In this document: positions 1 to 10,828 of the stretch, one piece after another
How positions within the stretch are numbered: position 1 is the first letter of the stretch
Layout of the letters: every line of letters begins with the position of its first letter
NCBI GenBank assembly: GCA_000091205.1
Contig: AP006502.2
From: Cyanidioschyzon merolae
Taxonomy: Eukaryota
Reading direction: 5' to 3' (one strand)
DNA: 64,000 nt
Notes under the pieces: model-generated
Database searches by the model: none
What the model saw: only the letters and a program-made list of their open reading frames with translations
What the model was told of the DNA's origin: nothing
Translations under genes and position numbers: made by a program

Positions 1-1683
1 CGTGCTATGGTGTGATTCCAAAAGGCGTTCATGTGCGCTGGGGCACGCTCCGCACTGAGCACTGAATGTGTCGAACGGCAGCCGATGATGACCCGCGCTT
101 CCGGAGCGTCCAGCTGATTTGTATGGCGCGAATGTTCAAGCGAATCGTTTCATAGCTCGTGTAGGCACTGTGGAAAATGCGGAGCACGGTCGAGAGCGTA
201 AAATTAGGGTGCCGGAGAGAAGGCACTGGATTCTCGCCTGGATCCAGGCAGTCGTGTAGACCGGTTCAGCAATCCATCAAGGCTGGGTCATCTTGTTTAG
301 AGATAAACCAGGGCGGATTTCCCTTTGGGAGACTGGTGAAACATCAAGGGATACGATTCCTCGATATTGGTGGGTATTCTGGCAGGATCCCGCTGAGCGT
401 CGAGCGCATGACGGCTTCTTTGAGGGTGTTTCCGCTTCGTTGTTCGCGTCATTGCTGCCCCGGCAAGTTCACTTAACCTTGCGCCACTGCACACCAGATA
501 GCAGTCGGTGCCCCGTTGGAAGCGATGTGCGTGGTGCGTAAAACACAGAAGCCTCAGCTCCTGGACCCAGAAACGCTCACTAATGCGTAATAGAGGCCAG
601 AGAAGCGACTAGCACTTCATCGCGCTCAACGCTTTTCTCTTTTCAAGATATCGATAAGGTGTTTCACGCAAACCAGTCGGAATGACATGCTACCCAGTGG
701 GGAGAAGTGGCAATTGATGCTCGACACGGCTCCCGAACGCCACCTGGATCCGGTGATGTGAAACCAAGTGCCGGAGCGCGTCCTGATAGAAGTTGCATCA
801 CATACCGATTGCGTTTCAGTTCAACGTATAGACGCACCTTGATAGCTCGTATCAGAATTCGTTCCATTCTAAAACGATGGCGTTACAGGTCGATGTATAA
901 ACGCACCCTGATACCTCATATCGGTATACGCTCTTATCATGTAATCGTTGCACCATGGCTTCCCTTGTTGTCTCATTCTGGTTGCTTATGGTGCTCATGC
1001 TCATGTCTAGCGTCGCCAACCGACTTTAAAGTGCTCCAGTCTCGCCGACAAAAGTGTCACGGACTGAGGCGAGCATCAGACTCGGCGTAACCACGCTGCA
1101 AGACGTACCGAGTCGCGGAAACTCCATGGACCATTTCTCGTTCAACAGTGATGACAAGACGGTGACTCAGGCACCTCATGCGCGTGCTTTGCTCATGATG
1201 CCGCCCAAGCGTTCCGCAACGTTATCGGCGAACATCTAGGCAGTGCGGCCACTGGACCCAGCGCTGGCACCTTCCCCGCCGACCCCTGTCTCTGTACGAA
1301 ATGCATAGAAGTGCGGTTCGCTGGAAAGTATGCCATACACACACAAACGCCCCTTTACCGAAGCAGCAGTCGCCAACACGACTCGATACCTCGTGAAGCA
1401 CACATCCAAGTCTCGAAACGTCCGCACGAGGTTCGCAGTAAGCCGGTGTCCGTGTCCGGCACAGAGCCCGAAGTCTCGGCCACTGGAGCGTCAGGGGAAG
1501 CAGCCGCATCGACGTTGCGACCATGAAACCATCGGTGGTATGTGGACCTCCAAGCGACCTCCAGCATCGCGTCACGACGACGAGATGAGGTGAAACGAGC
1601 GCTGCAATCATGTGTATTTCGGAGACAAGAAAAATGGAAATGCGAGACGCGTTCGCAGCACTCCAGTTACCCCGTTTCCCGCT

Positions 1684-3207
1684 TTACCGTCGTTTTTTCT
1701 TACTTGGTTTGCGTTTGGATTTCGTGGATGGATCTTCGGTATCCACAGCATCCCCGTTGGTCTCGCTGGTCCGCGGCGTGAATCCCATGGCCTCCGGGTT
1801 GAGGCGTTCGTCGACAGCACCGTCGAGGGTGCGCGGGGCGCCCACTCGTTCGGGCTGCTTCGATGCCAGGTAACGCTTGATGCCAATAGTTTGGATTGTA
1901 GAGACGATATTATTGGTGACCCAGTACAATCCCAGGCCGCTGGGCACGTTCAGAGAGAACCATCCTACCATGAACGGGAGGAAGCGCAGAATCGCATTCG
2001 CTTGTTGCTGCTGCGGATCCTGAACCGGTGGCTGCAGAATCTTCTGACTGATGGACTGTGAAACCACCAAGAGGCACGGAAGGACCAGATACGCGATTGC
2101 ATCATGCCAGCCTATAGGCGGTGCACCGTTCTGGAACGGAAAGAGCCAGCTGGAAAGCCCCTGGCCCTGACGCACGGGGCCCTCGAGACTCGGCAACCAG
2201 AAGAATCCCTGATCCAACCGATTATCAGCGGCGAGGTTCATGAGCGCTCGATAGAGGGCTATCCAGACTGGCAACTGCACAAAGACTGGTAGACAACCAG
2301 TCAGCGGGTTCACTTTGGCCTCCTGGTACAGACGGGCCGTCTCGAGGTTCAGCAACTGTGGGTTGTCCCGATACCGCGCCTGAAGTTCACGCACTTTCGG
2401 CGCCAGCGCCTGCATCGCCATCGTGCTTTTCATCTGCTTATAGTTGAGCGGAAAAGTGATCGCCTTGACAATAATGGTCAGAAAAATGATAGCGAATCCA
2501 TAAGAGCCAGGAACACCGAGCGCTGCCAGGGTATCGCCGGTGCCCGTGATGATCGTCTCAATCAGGTGCACGAAACCGTTCCAGAGGCCTGCTTTCTGGG
2601 CCCCAGCTGCCGCAGTCGCTGCAGCAGCTGCACTCGTCGAGCCGTCAGCAGCATCGACCAGCAGAAGTGATGCACTAGCCAGCGCAAACGTAACCGTATG
2701 CCAGCTGTCCTGCAGCGCAGCTAGCGATTGACTCGGGTCGACGAACTGTAAACGAAGGGACTGCACACCAACCGAACGCCGGCGCGGCGACATCAAGCCT
2801 ACACGTCGTCGGTTTGGTTCACCACCAGGCCGCAGCCTGCAGCGCCGCCACGCACCCCCGAGGCCGCACCCGGCTGCCGTGTACCCGCACTGCCGCGAAG
2901 CGGTTGCAAGGGAACGCACTGACCCTGTGCCTGACGCATAAAGTCCAGCAACAAAGCCTATTTTACACCCGCAACTTCCAGCAGTCGGTCCAGTCGCAAG
3001 CACTGGAACAAAACGAAACAAAAGCCGCTGCTCGCTACGAGCAATGCTGTTTGTATCGTTCGCCTCCGCCTCCGTGTCCAGCTTTCGCCCAGACACCTCC
3101 AGCAAACGACCGCATATCCGCTGCGTTGACAGGATCTGCAACGCTCCCATACCTGATCCCAGTAATTCGACCTGAAAACGGTCGCAGGTACTACGCAGCA
3201 ACGGCAA
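1684..3207 (-). CDS. YidC/Oxa1/Alb3-family membrane-protein insertase (probably plastid ALBINO3-like)
   Basis: 507-aa uninterrupted ORF. The translation carries the insertase core 'NPLTGCLPVFVQLPVWIALYRALMN...GFFWLPSLEGP...GLGLYWVTNNIVSTIQ' and a Lys/Arg-rich C-terminal tail. The family call is by motif recall, not a database search. The N-terminal extension could be a transit peptide. Confidence 0.75.
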   Translation of the reverse strand: MPLLRSTCDRFQVELLGSGMGALQILSTQRICGRLLEVSGRKLDTEAEANDTNSIARSEQRLLFRFVPVLATGPTAGSCGCKIGFVAGLYASGTGSVRSLATASRQCGYTAAGCGLGGAWRRCRLRPGGEPNRRRVGLMSPRRRSVGVQSLRLQFVDPSQSLAALQDSWHTVTFALASASLLLVDAADGSTSAAAAATAAAGAQKAGLWNGFVHLIETIITGTGDTLAALGVPGSYGFAIIFLTIIVKAITFPLNYKQMKSTMAMQALAPKVRELQARYRDNPQLLNLETARLYQEAKVNPLTGCLPVFVQLPVWIALYRALMNLAADNRLDQGFFWLPSLEGPVRQGQGLSSWLFPFQNGAPPIGWHDAIAYLVLPCLLVVSQSISQKILQPPVQDPQQQQANAILRFLPFMVGWFSLNVPSGLGLYWVTNNIVSTIQTIGIKRYLASKQPERVGAPRTLDGAVDERLNPEAMGFTPRTSETNGDAVDTEDPSTKSKRKPSKKKRR

Positions 3208-4304
3208 TAGGTGTGAGAATAGCGGGCGGTGTCGACGAGCGAACTCCGTCCAGCGCTTCAGCAGGCCACTGTGTGAAGGGCGATGACGTCGACGGCGGCG
3301 GTGACAGAATCGATCGCGGCAGTACGATCGTCTCTGGTGCGGCGGAGGCGATGGCGGATATGCTGCGGCGCTTTACATGTCGACAGATTCCCAGGATTTC
3401 AAAGACCCGGAAGGCAACACGTTCAAAGTTCGTTGCTATGAAGCATGAGCTTTGGAAAGCGGGTTACGAAAGGTAACTCGCGTCGGGCATACCGTTCCCT
3501 TGCGGGCGAAGCGCACGTCGGCAGCGGGCGACAGCCCCGCATGCTGCACAGCGCCGAGCCCCTGCCTGAAAGAGCGTCCGCTGCGCTCGGGCGTCGCTAC
3601 CCAGCAGTAAGTTCGCAGAGTAGGCCTGCACGTGCTGCATAGTGACCGGAGCCCGTTTCCAGCAATACTTTGCGCGACTCGCAGACCATGGTTCACCGAC
3701 TTGAGGTAGGCTTGCATCAGCGGTCTTCCCGTTCGCAGGCGAAACTGCACTGAGCTGCTCGTTCACCTTGAAAGGTCGCGATTGGCAAGCACGGTACAAT
3801 GCAGAACATTGAGGGGGAACGGTACCGCATGTGCAAAGTGCTCACATCGATCGGCGTGCGGAACGATATGTACATCCATTTTCACGCGATACATATCAAC
3901 CATCATCATGGTTTGGCTTCTGGTGCCTCCAGACCAAACCCCGTGCTCAGAGGATCGCGCTTCTTTCGACGCATGCTGGTGCACTCGCCCGAGGACAGCG
4001 GGAACAGCAAACGCATGTCGCCGCAGTGCATATACGCTGGATGGACGACCACTCGCTTTCGAGCAGTCGACGCTCGCGAGTATTCAGCAAACGTCTTCAT
4101 CATGACGATGTCGCAGTTCCGAGGAATACGCTGTGACACAGCGGCCGGTGTCGCGTTCCTGGCATCCCGCTCCCTTGTTGGCGCTCGTGCGTCCGCATGT
4201 GCACCGAAGGACGCACCAGTGCGCGTCTACGCATTCGGGGTACCAGCTGCGTTGCGACGCCACCGAAAACTCGCGAGTACGCGAAGCTTTGCTGGACGCA
4301 CACC

Positions 4305-4931
4305 CTAGTATTGCTCAAAACGAGCACCAAGTAGAGCAGCACCTGCCCATGGAGTTGGTACGACAACAATGTCGTGCGTGGTAACCGAGCATTCAGGTGC
4401 TGAAGCGCGCAAACCCGTCACAACCGAAAATACCACCGTCATCGCGAGCGTCTCGCAGACAGTGCAGGAGGCGACGCGTACAACCAGGTCGCCTTGTAGG
4501 AGGCCTCCCTGGGCCGCTGGTGACCCAGCCTCTACCTGCACCACCTTTGCGAACGGTCTCAGGTTCGACTGACCCAGACTCGTCTCAGTCCAGTCTAAGC
4601 TTTGTGCTGGCTGGTTGTCTCCGGGGCGGTGTTCCCGGCTCGAGGCAGCCCGCACCGCTGGTGCGCTCTCCACGACTCGTGACGCAGACGCTGTAGACGG
4701 TGCGGTTTGCGTGTGTGCTGGCCCGCTTGGAAGCATCTCCGGAAGCAGCCTTCCAGTTTCTTTCATTATCAGATAATAGTCGGTTTGCAGGCGCACGAGA
4801 CGTTGACGATACTGGCGGATCTGGTGTACATCGCAGTCCGAACGGGGGAAGCCGTCCTCGTGAACGAGTGGATCTCGCACCCCGGCAGGCGTGGCTTCTA
4901 AGCAGGATACCAAGTGTTCAATGTCACGCAC
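4305..4931 (-). CDS. 26S proteasome non-ATPase regulatory subunit 9 (PSMD9/Nas2/p27)-like PDZ chaperone
   Basis: 208-aa ORF. C-terminal PDZ-like block 'FAKVVQVEAGSPAAQGGLLQGDLVV' and terminal 'VVVPTPWAGAALLG' resemble the conserved W-x-G-x-GLLGC end of Nas2/PSMD9. The N-terminal region is helical. The match is moderate. Confidence 0.5.
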   Translation of the reverse strand: MRDIEHLVSCLEATPAGVRDPLVHEDGFPRSDCDVHQIRQYRQRLVRLQTDYYLIMKETGRLLPEMLPSGPAHTQTAPSTASASRVVESAPAVRAASSREHRPGDNQPAQSLDWTETSLGQSNLRPFAKVVQVEAGSPAAQGGLLQGDLVVRVASCTVCETLAMTVVFSVVTGLRASAPECSVTTHDIVVVPTPWAGAALLGARFEQY

Positions 4932-5769
4932 GAATTCTTCTTACTGTAGGGCTAGCGCTAGTAGGCGCTGTACGCTGTCGGAGGTCATTTGTTCGACGTC
5001 TCAGACAGGCGAACGACGGCGCGTAGCTCCAGGCGTTGCCCCGGGAACCTTTACGGACGAGGTCGTTTACGAGGCTCAGCGTCCGAAGACCATAAAACGA
5101 AAGTATCATCGGAACTTGGCTCGAAAGGAATCTGGGCAGAGTGCTGACGCTGTATACGATTTTTGAATGACGACAACAACAGCGACAACCGGCCTCATGG
5201 CATGGTCAGAAATCGGGACTGTCGAGCAGTGGGGCGCACGAAAACCGCACAATTCAAACCAGTTTCTCATTCCAGCGTCTGTGCAGAATGGACTGCAAGA
5301 AACGGGAATAAACGTGTATCCGTAGTCGGGAAGACTGCGGCGCATAGTTTGTTTATGATCAATAAAACGAACGAAATTCCTGTTGAGTAGGGTGATGCAT
5401 ACCTCGCCCGCACAAGCGTAAGATACTACAATGGCTACGCTTTTGATAGAGGCGTCGAGGGGTATCGTGCCAGGCCCCTGCATCCCCTTGTCTGTCGGGG
5501 CGGTACTGCGATGGGCAGTAGCGTCGGCACCAGCGACAGAACCTATAGCAAGAGTTCATTCTACGTGAGTTTCCGATGTACAATACGTTGTTTTGGCTGC
5601 AGTGCACCGGTGAGAGCACGCATGTGCCAATGCGGGGTGTCGGACACGTGTCCTTCATCGATCGGTGCAGCGTCTCGCGCGGTGCACGCATCGCGCTCAG
5701 TGCGCGCACCTAGGAGATCAGGCAGGCGTGAGACACGACGCGCATGCCGCCGTTGAAGGGAAACGTAAT

Positions 5770-8260
5770 CGTGATCAGCAGCGTCTAGCTCTCGTGTTAA
5801 AGTTGTATTTTCGTTGACTTTATGGGCAAGTATAGTTTTCAGTTCAATTGTGTTTGAAAACTCAAACAAGTGTATTCTAGTGTTTTGTCGCAGTATATAA
5901 GAGGAGCGTTCAAAGAGGGTTCTTTTTCAAAAAAAAAAACTAAACAAGGAAAGTTATGAAAAAGCAAGTCGACGATCCTGGAGGCCCAGTGTCGCCGGCT
6001 GCCAGAAAGAAAACAAAACACAGTGCCGAGTCCAGAAGAAGAGGAGAAGAAAAAGAAGCAAAAGGAGGAGGCTCTACGTCGAGGGATGCAAGAAAGACGA
6101 CTGTACGACGAGAAGGTGGTGAAAGCTGGTCTTCTTGGACATATCAAGGATCCCTACAGGGAAAATTTGCGAGACGCTATCAGAAACCGTGTCGACTCGT
6201 ACTCCAAGAGTATTGTCAAAGCGTCGTCAGGACTGATGCACTCGGCGAGGGAGATGTATCGCGACGTGACGCACATGCAAACAGTCGAGGTCCCAGACGA
6301 GTTGTTCGATACGACCTCTATTCGATACTTGATGCTCGGTACAGGGGAAACGCGGACGGAAAATGAGCGAGTGCATGCCCTCCACGAAAAACATCCCTTC
6401 TACAGCTTCGAGGGTACTCGATACAGGGTTGACTCGTGTATTTACGAATACGGAGCGATAAAGTACCCCACGAGCCTGAATAAACATTTGACCGTGAACC
6501 TCGAACGTTTCATGATACGCGCCGTGTTTGCACTCTACCCGGGCATCTCTCGCAAAGCGATATGGATCATCATCGATAGCATCAAAAACGATAGTAAGAA
6601 TGAACAGGAGATCGAACTTGTTCACGAGAAGACATCATGCAGGAAAACGAATGAAGCTTCTGTAATCCGTGCGGCTATACAAGAGCACCGTGCAGCACTG
6701 GGGCTGGCGAGTCCAGCAGAAAAGATATCAGAGTTGAAAAAAGATAAGAAAAGATACGATCGCCCTGTCCTGCGCTATTCCATATTCCTGAACGGAGAAC
6801 TGGCACGCAGGGCCGATATGGAGCAGGGTGTGGAAGCAAATGCAGTGCCGGAGAAACGGGAAGCTGCGCTTCTGGCGAGGCATTTCAACGTCGTTCGGTT
6901 ACGCGAGATCAAGTCCCATTTGTGACGATCGACTCCACAGTCTTTCAGGACATCATGAAGGAGATCTGTCCGGATTTCGATGTCAGCAGGGAGGTGTTCT
7001 CCGGCGAAAACCGGGAGACGTTTGAAATCGAAGATATTCTGCTTCGATTTCAAACGCCTCAAAGTGAGCAAGCAAAAGCTATCCGCGGGGATGATCGAAA
7101 CCGATGGCGTAGCCATGTGAGTTGACTATCGGCGGTTGAAAAGCGATCGTCCTGGCCCGTGTTCGATATTGCCCGTGACGAAGCATGAAGATGAGAAGGA
7201 GGCGGGTCCTGCGACGCAGGAGGTGGAGGATAACGGCTTTATCGTTGGCGCGGTGAAGCATGATGAAAACAAGAAGGCGGATCTTGCCACACAGAAAGTG
7301 CAGGATAACGACTTTGTCGTTGGCGCGGACCCTGGGAACACGAATATCATAGCCATCGCAGTACCGAAACGTGCGGAATATGGTCACGACGGTAACTTGC
7401 GCCAGAAGGACATGGGTCTGTCGAGATTCTCGACAGCGAGATACTATCGAGAATCCGGTATAATGAATGCGAGGAAGAAAATCGAGACATGGAATGCAGG
7501 AATGAAGGAGCACCTGGAAGCCTTGAGCGAGTTGACTAGCCGAGGAGCGGACTTTGAAGCTTTTCGGAATTTCATGGAAGTTCGTGTTGCGCATTGGGAT
7601 GCACTGTGGGAGGAGTATACAAAGCCCTGGTGGGATCGTCTACGTATTAATCTATACTGTCGGAAGCAAGCTGCATTCAAGAAAATTTTCGATGAGTTCA
7701 GCGCCTTGGAGGAGGATGAAAGTCAGAGGCTCGCATTAGCGAACGGAGCAGGGCGCTGGGCTCCGAAAAAAGGGTGTACACCAGCTCCAACTACACGAAC
7801 ATACAAGGAGTGCGCAAGGCGTTTCGCTACGATACCTGCAGATGAGTTCCGAACATCGTATACATACCATGGACTCGGGTGCACATTTCAAAAGGTCGAG
7901 ATGGGAAAGTGTTAACGGAGCCCTGAAGATATAAAAAAGTACGGACCGCTGACAGAAGAGCAACTGGAAAGAAAAGCGAAGGCTTGAGGGCTACTCGCAT
8001 TAGTAAGTACAACCAATGGCAAGAAACTTATGGGATTCCTGTATCGCGACTTTGAGGCCGCTATCAATATAAGGGCATGTGCGGTGCTGGAGCATAGACC
8101 TCCAGAGTTGACACGAGAGAATTTTATGGGGCAACCTGTCAAAGTGGGACTATATGAGAAAACTATGAAACCAGTAGCAGGTGGCCGGTCGAGAGAAACT
8201 GGGAGGCGTCTGCAGCTCAGCTGGCGACTTCGTGTCTAGGGCGCGGGTCACGCGCCACTA
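5770..8260 (+). mobile_element. AT-rich island carrying a disrupted TnpB/Fanzor-like (IS605 OrfB-family RuvC nuclease) gene, copy A
   Basis: Composition drops sharply relative to the flanks (A-runs, 'tataagag', a(10) near 5930-5945). It contains a roughly 2.2-kb reading frame broken by stops and frameshifts (see the pseudogene entry). The island ends just 5' of the ABC transporter ORF. Confidence 0.45.
6023..8239 (+). pseudogene. TnpB/Fanzor-like RuvC nuclease, frame-disrupted (ORF pieces 6023-6925, 6922-7125, 7136-7915, 8030-8239)
   Basis: Pieces 6023-6925, 7136-7915 and 8030-8239 share one frame (position mod 3 = 2). In-frame stops were read at 6923, 6956, 7118, 7913 and 7985, and piece 6922-7125 bridges the first gap in a +1 frame. 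Motifs: RuvC-I-like 'DFVVGADPGNTNIIAIAV', 'EFRTSYTYHGLGC' (the TSxxC position of TnpB), and after the stops 'FLYRDFEAAINIRA', which is the RDxNAAxNI RuvC-III signature of TnpB/Fanzor/Cas12. The ORF 7136 'start' is TTG, so the track uses non-ATG starts. Confidence 0.5.
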
Positions 8261-8385
8261 CTATACTTCCGACCGCAGCAACGTTTGGTGGGTGAAGGCA
8301 GCACGCCTCATTTCGAGTGCTGTGCTCGAGTTTATACCCCAGCTGCGGGAACTTTTGCGGATAGCCATTTCTCGCCAAGTGTCTC

Positions 8386-10536
8386 GTGTGTTCGCAGGTA
8401 CCTATGGCTCGTCGATGGAAACTAAAGCTTCCAGAGTTGCGTTTCCTCAACTGGCGGCGCTGGGAAGCCTACACGGACAGTTGGGAGACGTCCTCTTCCA
8501 CGGACGTGGAAAAGCTCGTCGAACCAGCACACCGTGAAACGCTGTCGCTTCCAGACACCAGCGAGGTGCGTCGTCTACTTGCGAGTCTTGCACCGTTCGA
8601 ACTAGAGCGTCTGCAGTCAGTTCAAGCTGTATTCTGGCTGCTGAAGCCGTTCCTGTGGCCGCGGGAGTGGCGCATCCGGTTCTACGTGGCGCTCACCTTC
8701 GTGCTCACTGTTGCGGGCAAGGTGCTGACGGTGCTCGCACCGGTAGCGCTGAAACGCGTCATTGACGCGCTCGCGTCAGCACCCGTTGGCTCGTCCACCG
8801 CTGCTGTTCGCAAGGCAGTCACCTACACCGTACTATATGCAGCGTCACGCTTTGGTATGCAGCTGCTGAACGACGGCCAACGCTATGCATGGCTAACTGT
8901 CTCGCAGACGGCAACTCGTGCCATAGCCTTGACGACTTTTGCGCATCTGCACTCGCTCTCCATCGATTTTCACTGGCAGAGACGCACTGGAGAAGTCATT
9001 CGCGTTATGGACCGGGGCGTCGCATCCCTCGGTGAAGTACTCTCGGTTTTCGTATTCACCGTATTCCCAACCGCGATTGAGCTCTTGCTAGTGCTCTGGG
9101 TTTTTTTCGCCATGGGAAGCTTCTGGATTGCCATCACGGTACTCGTGTCGGTCCTGGTATACGGTGTGTACAGCAAGCAGCTTACCGAATGGCGAACGTC
9201 GTACCGCAAACTGTACAATGAGCGCGATAACGCCGCGGAGGCGCGTATGGTTGATAGCCTCCTCAACTCGGAAACGGTGAAATTGTTTACAGCAGAGGCG
9301 CGAGAAGTCAACCGCTACACGGAAGCCTATGTAGCGCTGCAGGAGAGCGAACGCACCCTGATAGCTACGCTGGGGCTGTTAAACTCTGGACAGTCGGTGA
9401 TCATTAGTTTGGGTGTTGGTATCTCGATGGTTATGGCAACGAGGCGCGTGGCACGCGGCGAAGCGAGCGCCGGCGACCTCGTCATGGTGAACGCCTACAT
9501 CCTGCAGCTGTATCAGCCGTTGCGGTGGCTCGGTTCTGCATACCGGCAGATTATGAGGGCACTTACCGATCTGGACAAGCTCTCAAGACTTCTTGCCCTG
9601 GAACCAACCGTCCGAGACTTGCCTGGTGCGCCAGCGCTGCGCCGTCGACACGGACAAGTGGAGTTCCACCAGGTGACCTTTCACTACGATGTCCTGTGGA
9701 GCGGCACGGAACCGGGTGCAGCGACGCGGGCCCAGATGCCCAGTACCGCCACTGACACTGCCACTGCTACTAGTAGTAGTAGTGGTGGTGGTGGTGGTGC
9801 TGGTGGTGCTGGTGGTGTTCACAACCTGAGTTTTACCATTCCGCCCCAACGGGTCGTTGCGGTTGTCGGTCCGTCTGGAGCCGGAAAGAGCACCATCGTG
9901 CGTCTGCTGCTTCGTCTGATTGACCCGCAACAAGGTGCCGTCTACATCGACGGTCAGAATATTGCACATGTATCCCAGCAGAGTGTTCGGCATGCGATTG
10001 GCGTCGTCGCTCAGGATCCTGTCCTCTTCAATGAGACCATTGCATACAACATTGCATATGGTGTCGATGCCGCTGCCACACCGGCTTGTATAGAGGCAGC
10101 GGCACGAGCCGCCCATATCCATGACTTTATCACCAAGCTCCCTGACGGTTATCAGACGGTCGTTGGCGAACGCGGCGTGCGACTTAGCGGCGGCGAGAAA
10201 CAACGCGTCGCCATCGCTCGAGCGATTCTGAAGAATCCCTCCATTCTGGTGCTGGATGAGGCCACCTCGGCGCTCGATACCGCAACGGAACGGGCGATTC
10301 AAGCCAACCTAATGGAGATGCGGACGGGACGCACGACACTCGTGGTGGCACATCGCCTCTCCACTGTCATCGACGCAGATGAAATCCTCGTTCTGAACGG
10401 GAACGGTGAGATTGTCGAGCGTGGTGCGCACGCCGAACTGGTGTCGCGACCTCAGGGCGCTTACCGCGCCATGTGGGAAGCCCAGGCACGCGCCCAAGTC
10501 ACCACATCGGATAGCGTGCCAAGTACGACGGCATGA
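8386..10536 (+). CDS. ABC transporter, B-family half-transporter (TMD+NBD), ATM1/HMT1-like
   Basis: 716-aa ORF with a six-helix transmembrane domain followed by an NBD. Motifs: Walker A 'VGPSGAGKST', ABC signature 'LSGGEKQRVAIARA', Walker B 'ILVLDEATSALD', H-loop 'VVAHRLST'. A low-complexity insert 'TATDTATATSSSSGGGGGAGGAGG' is encoded by triplet repeats near 9745-9830. Confidence 0.85.
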   Translation: MCSQVPMARRWKLKLPELRFLNWRRWEAYTDSWETSSSTDVEKLVEPAHRETLSLPDTSEVRRLLASLAPFELERLQSVQAVFWLLKPFLWPREWRIRFYVALTFVLTVAGKVLTVLAPVALKRVIDALASAPVGSSTAAVRKAVTYTVLYAASRFGMQLLNDGQRYAWLTVSQTATRAIALTTFAHLHSLSIDFHWQRRTGEVIRVMDRGVASLGEVLSVFVFTVFPTAIELLLVLWVFFAMGSFWIAITVLVSVLVYGVYSKQLTEWRTSYRKLYNERDNAAEARMVDSLLNSETVKLFTAEAREVNRYTEAYVALQESERTLIATLGLLNSGQSVIISLGVGISMVMATRRVARGEASAGDLVMVNAYILQLYQPLRWLGSAYRQIMRALTDLDKLSRLLALEPTVRDLPGAPALRRRHGQVEFHQVTFHYDVLWSGTEPGAATRAQMPSTATDTATATSSSSGGGGGAGGAGGVHNLSFTIPPQRVVAVVGPSGAGKSTIVRLLLRLIDPQQGAVYIDGQNIAHVSQQSVRHAIGVVAQDPVLFNETIAYNIAYGVDAAATPACIEAAARAAHIHDFITKLPDGYQTVVGERGVRLSGGEKQRVAIARAILKNPSILVLDEATSALDTATERAIQANLMEMRTGRTTLVVAHRLSTVIDADEILVLNGNGEIVERGAHAELVSRPQGAYRAMWEAQARAQVTTSDSVPSTTA

Positions 10537-10828
10537 GCAGTTGCACTTGGTCTCGCGTTCCGTCTAGTCAGGTATAGGAATTGCAACGGGCGCTGAAGCA
10601 GGTCGCATTCGAGGCGCGTGTGTGGCAGCGTCGCTTGGATAAGTGTGTTCATCCGACGTTGCCGCCATGCAGCATATTGCAGCAGCGTATAGCACAGCGC
10701 AGTGAAGCAAAACTCGATCAACACGAAGCACAAACAAGTTGCCGTCAGTGTCATGGTCCGATGTAGCTGCGTCATTTGAGTGTGCTGCTGTTGCTGCTGT
10801 TGGCGAGACGCTCGTCCGACAAGCCGAG

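Noticed and set aside
825-930. Roughly 36-bp imperfect direct repeat ('gtatagacgcaccttgatagctcgtatcagaattcg' / 'gtataaacgcaccctgatacctcatatcggtatacg', period 70)
   Set aside because: There are only two diverged copies in a short AT-richer stretch downstream of the Alb3-like gene. No coding or structural signal was recognised, so it is noted but not interpreted.
6922-7125. Separate 67-aa gene
   Set aside because: It is a +1-frame bridge between two same-frame pieces of the TnpB-like pseudogene and is best explained as a frameshifted segment of that gene.
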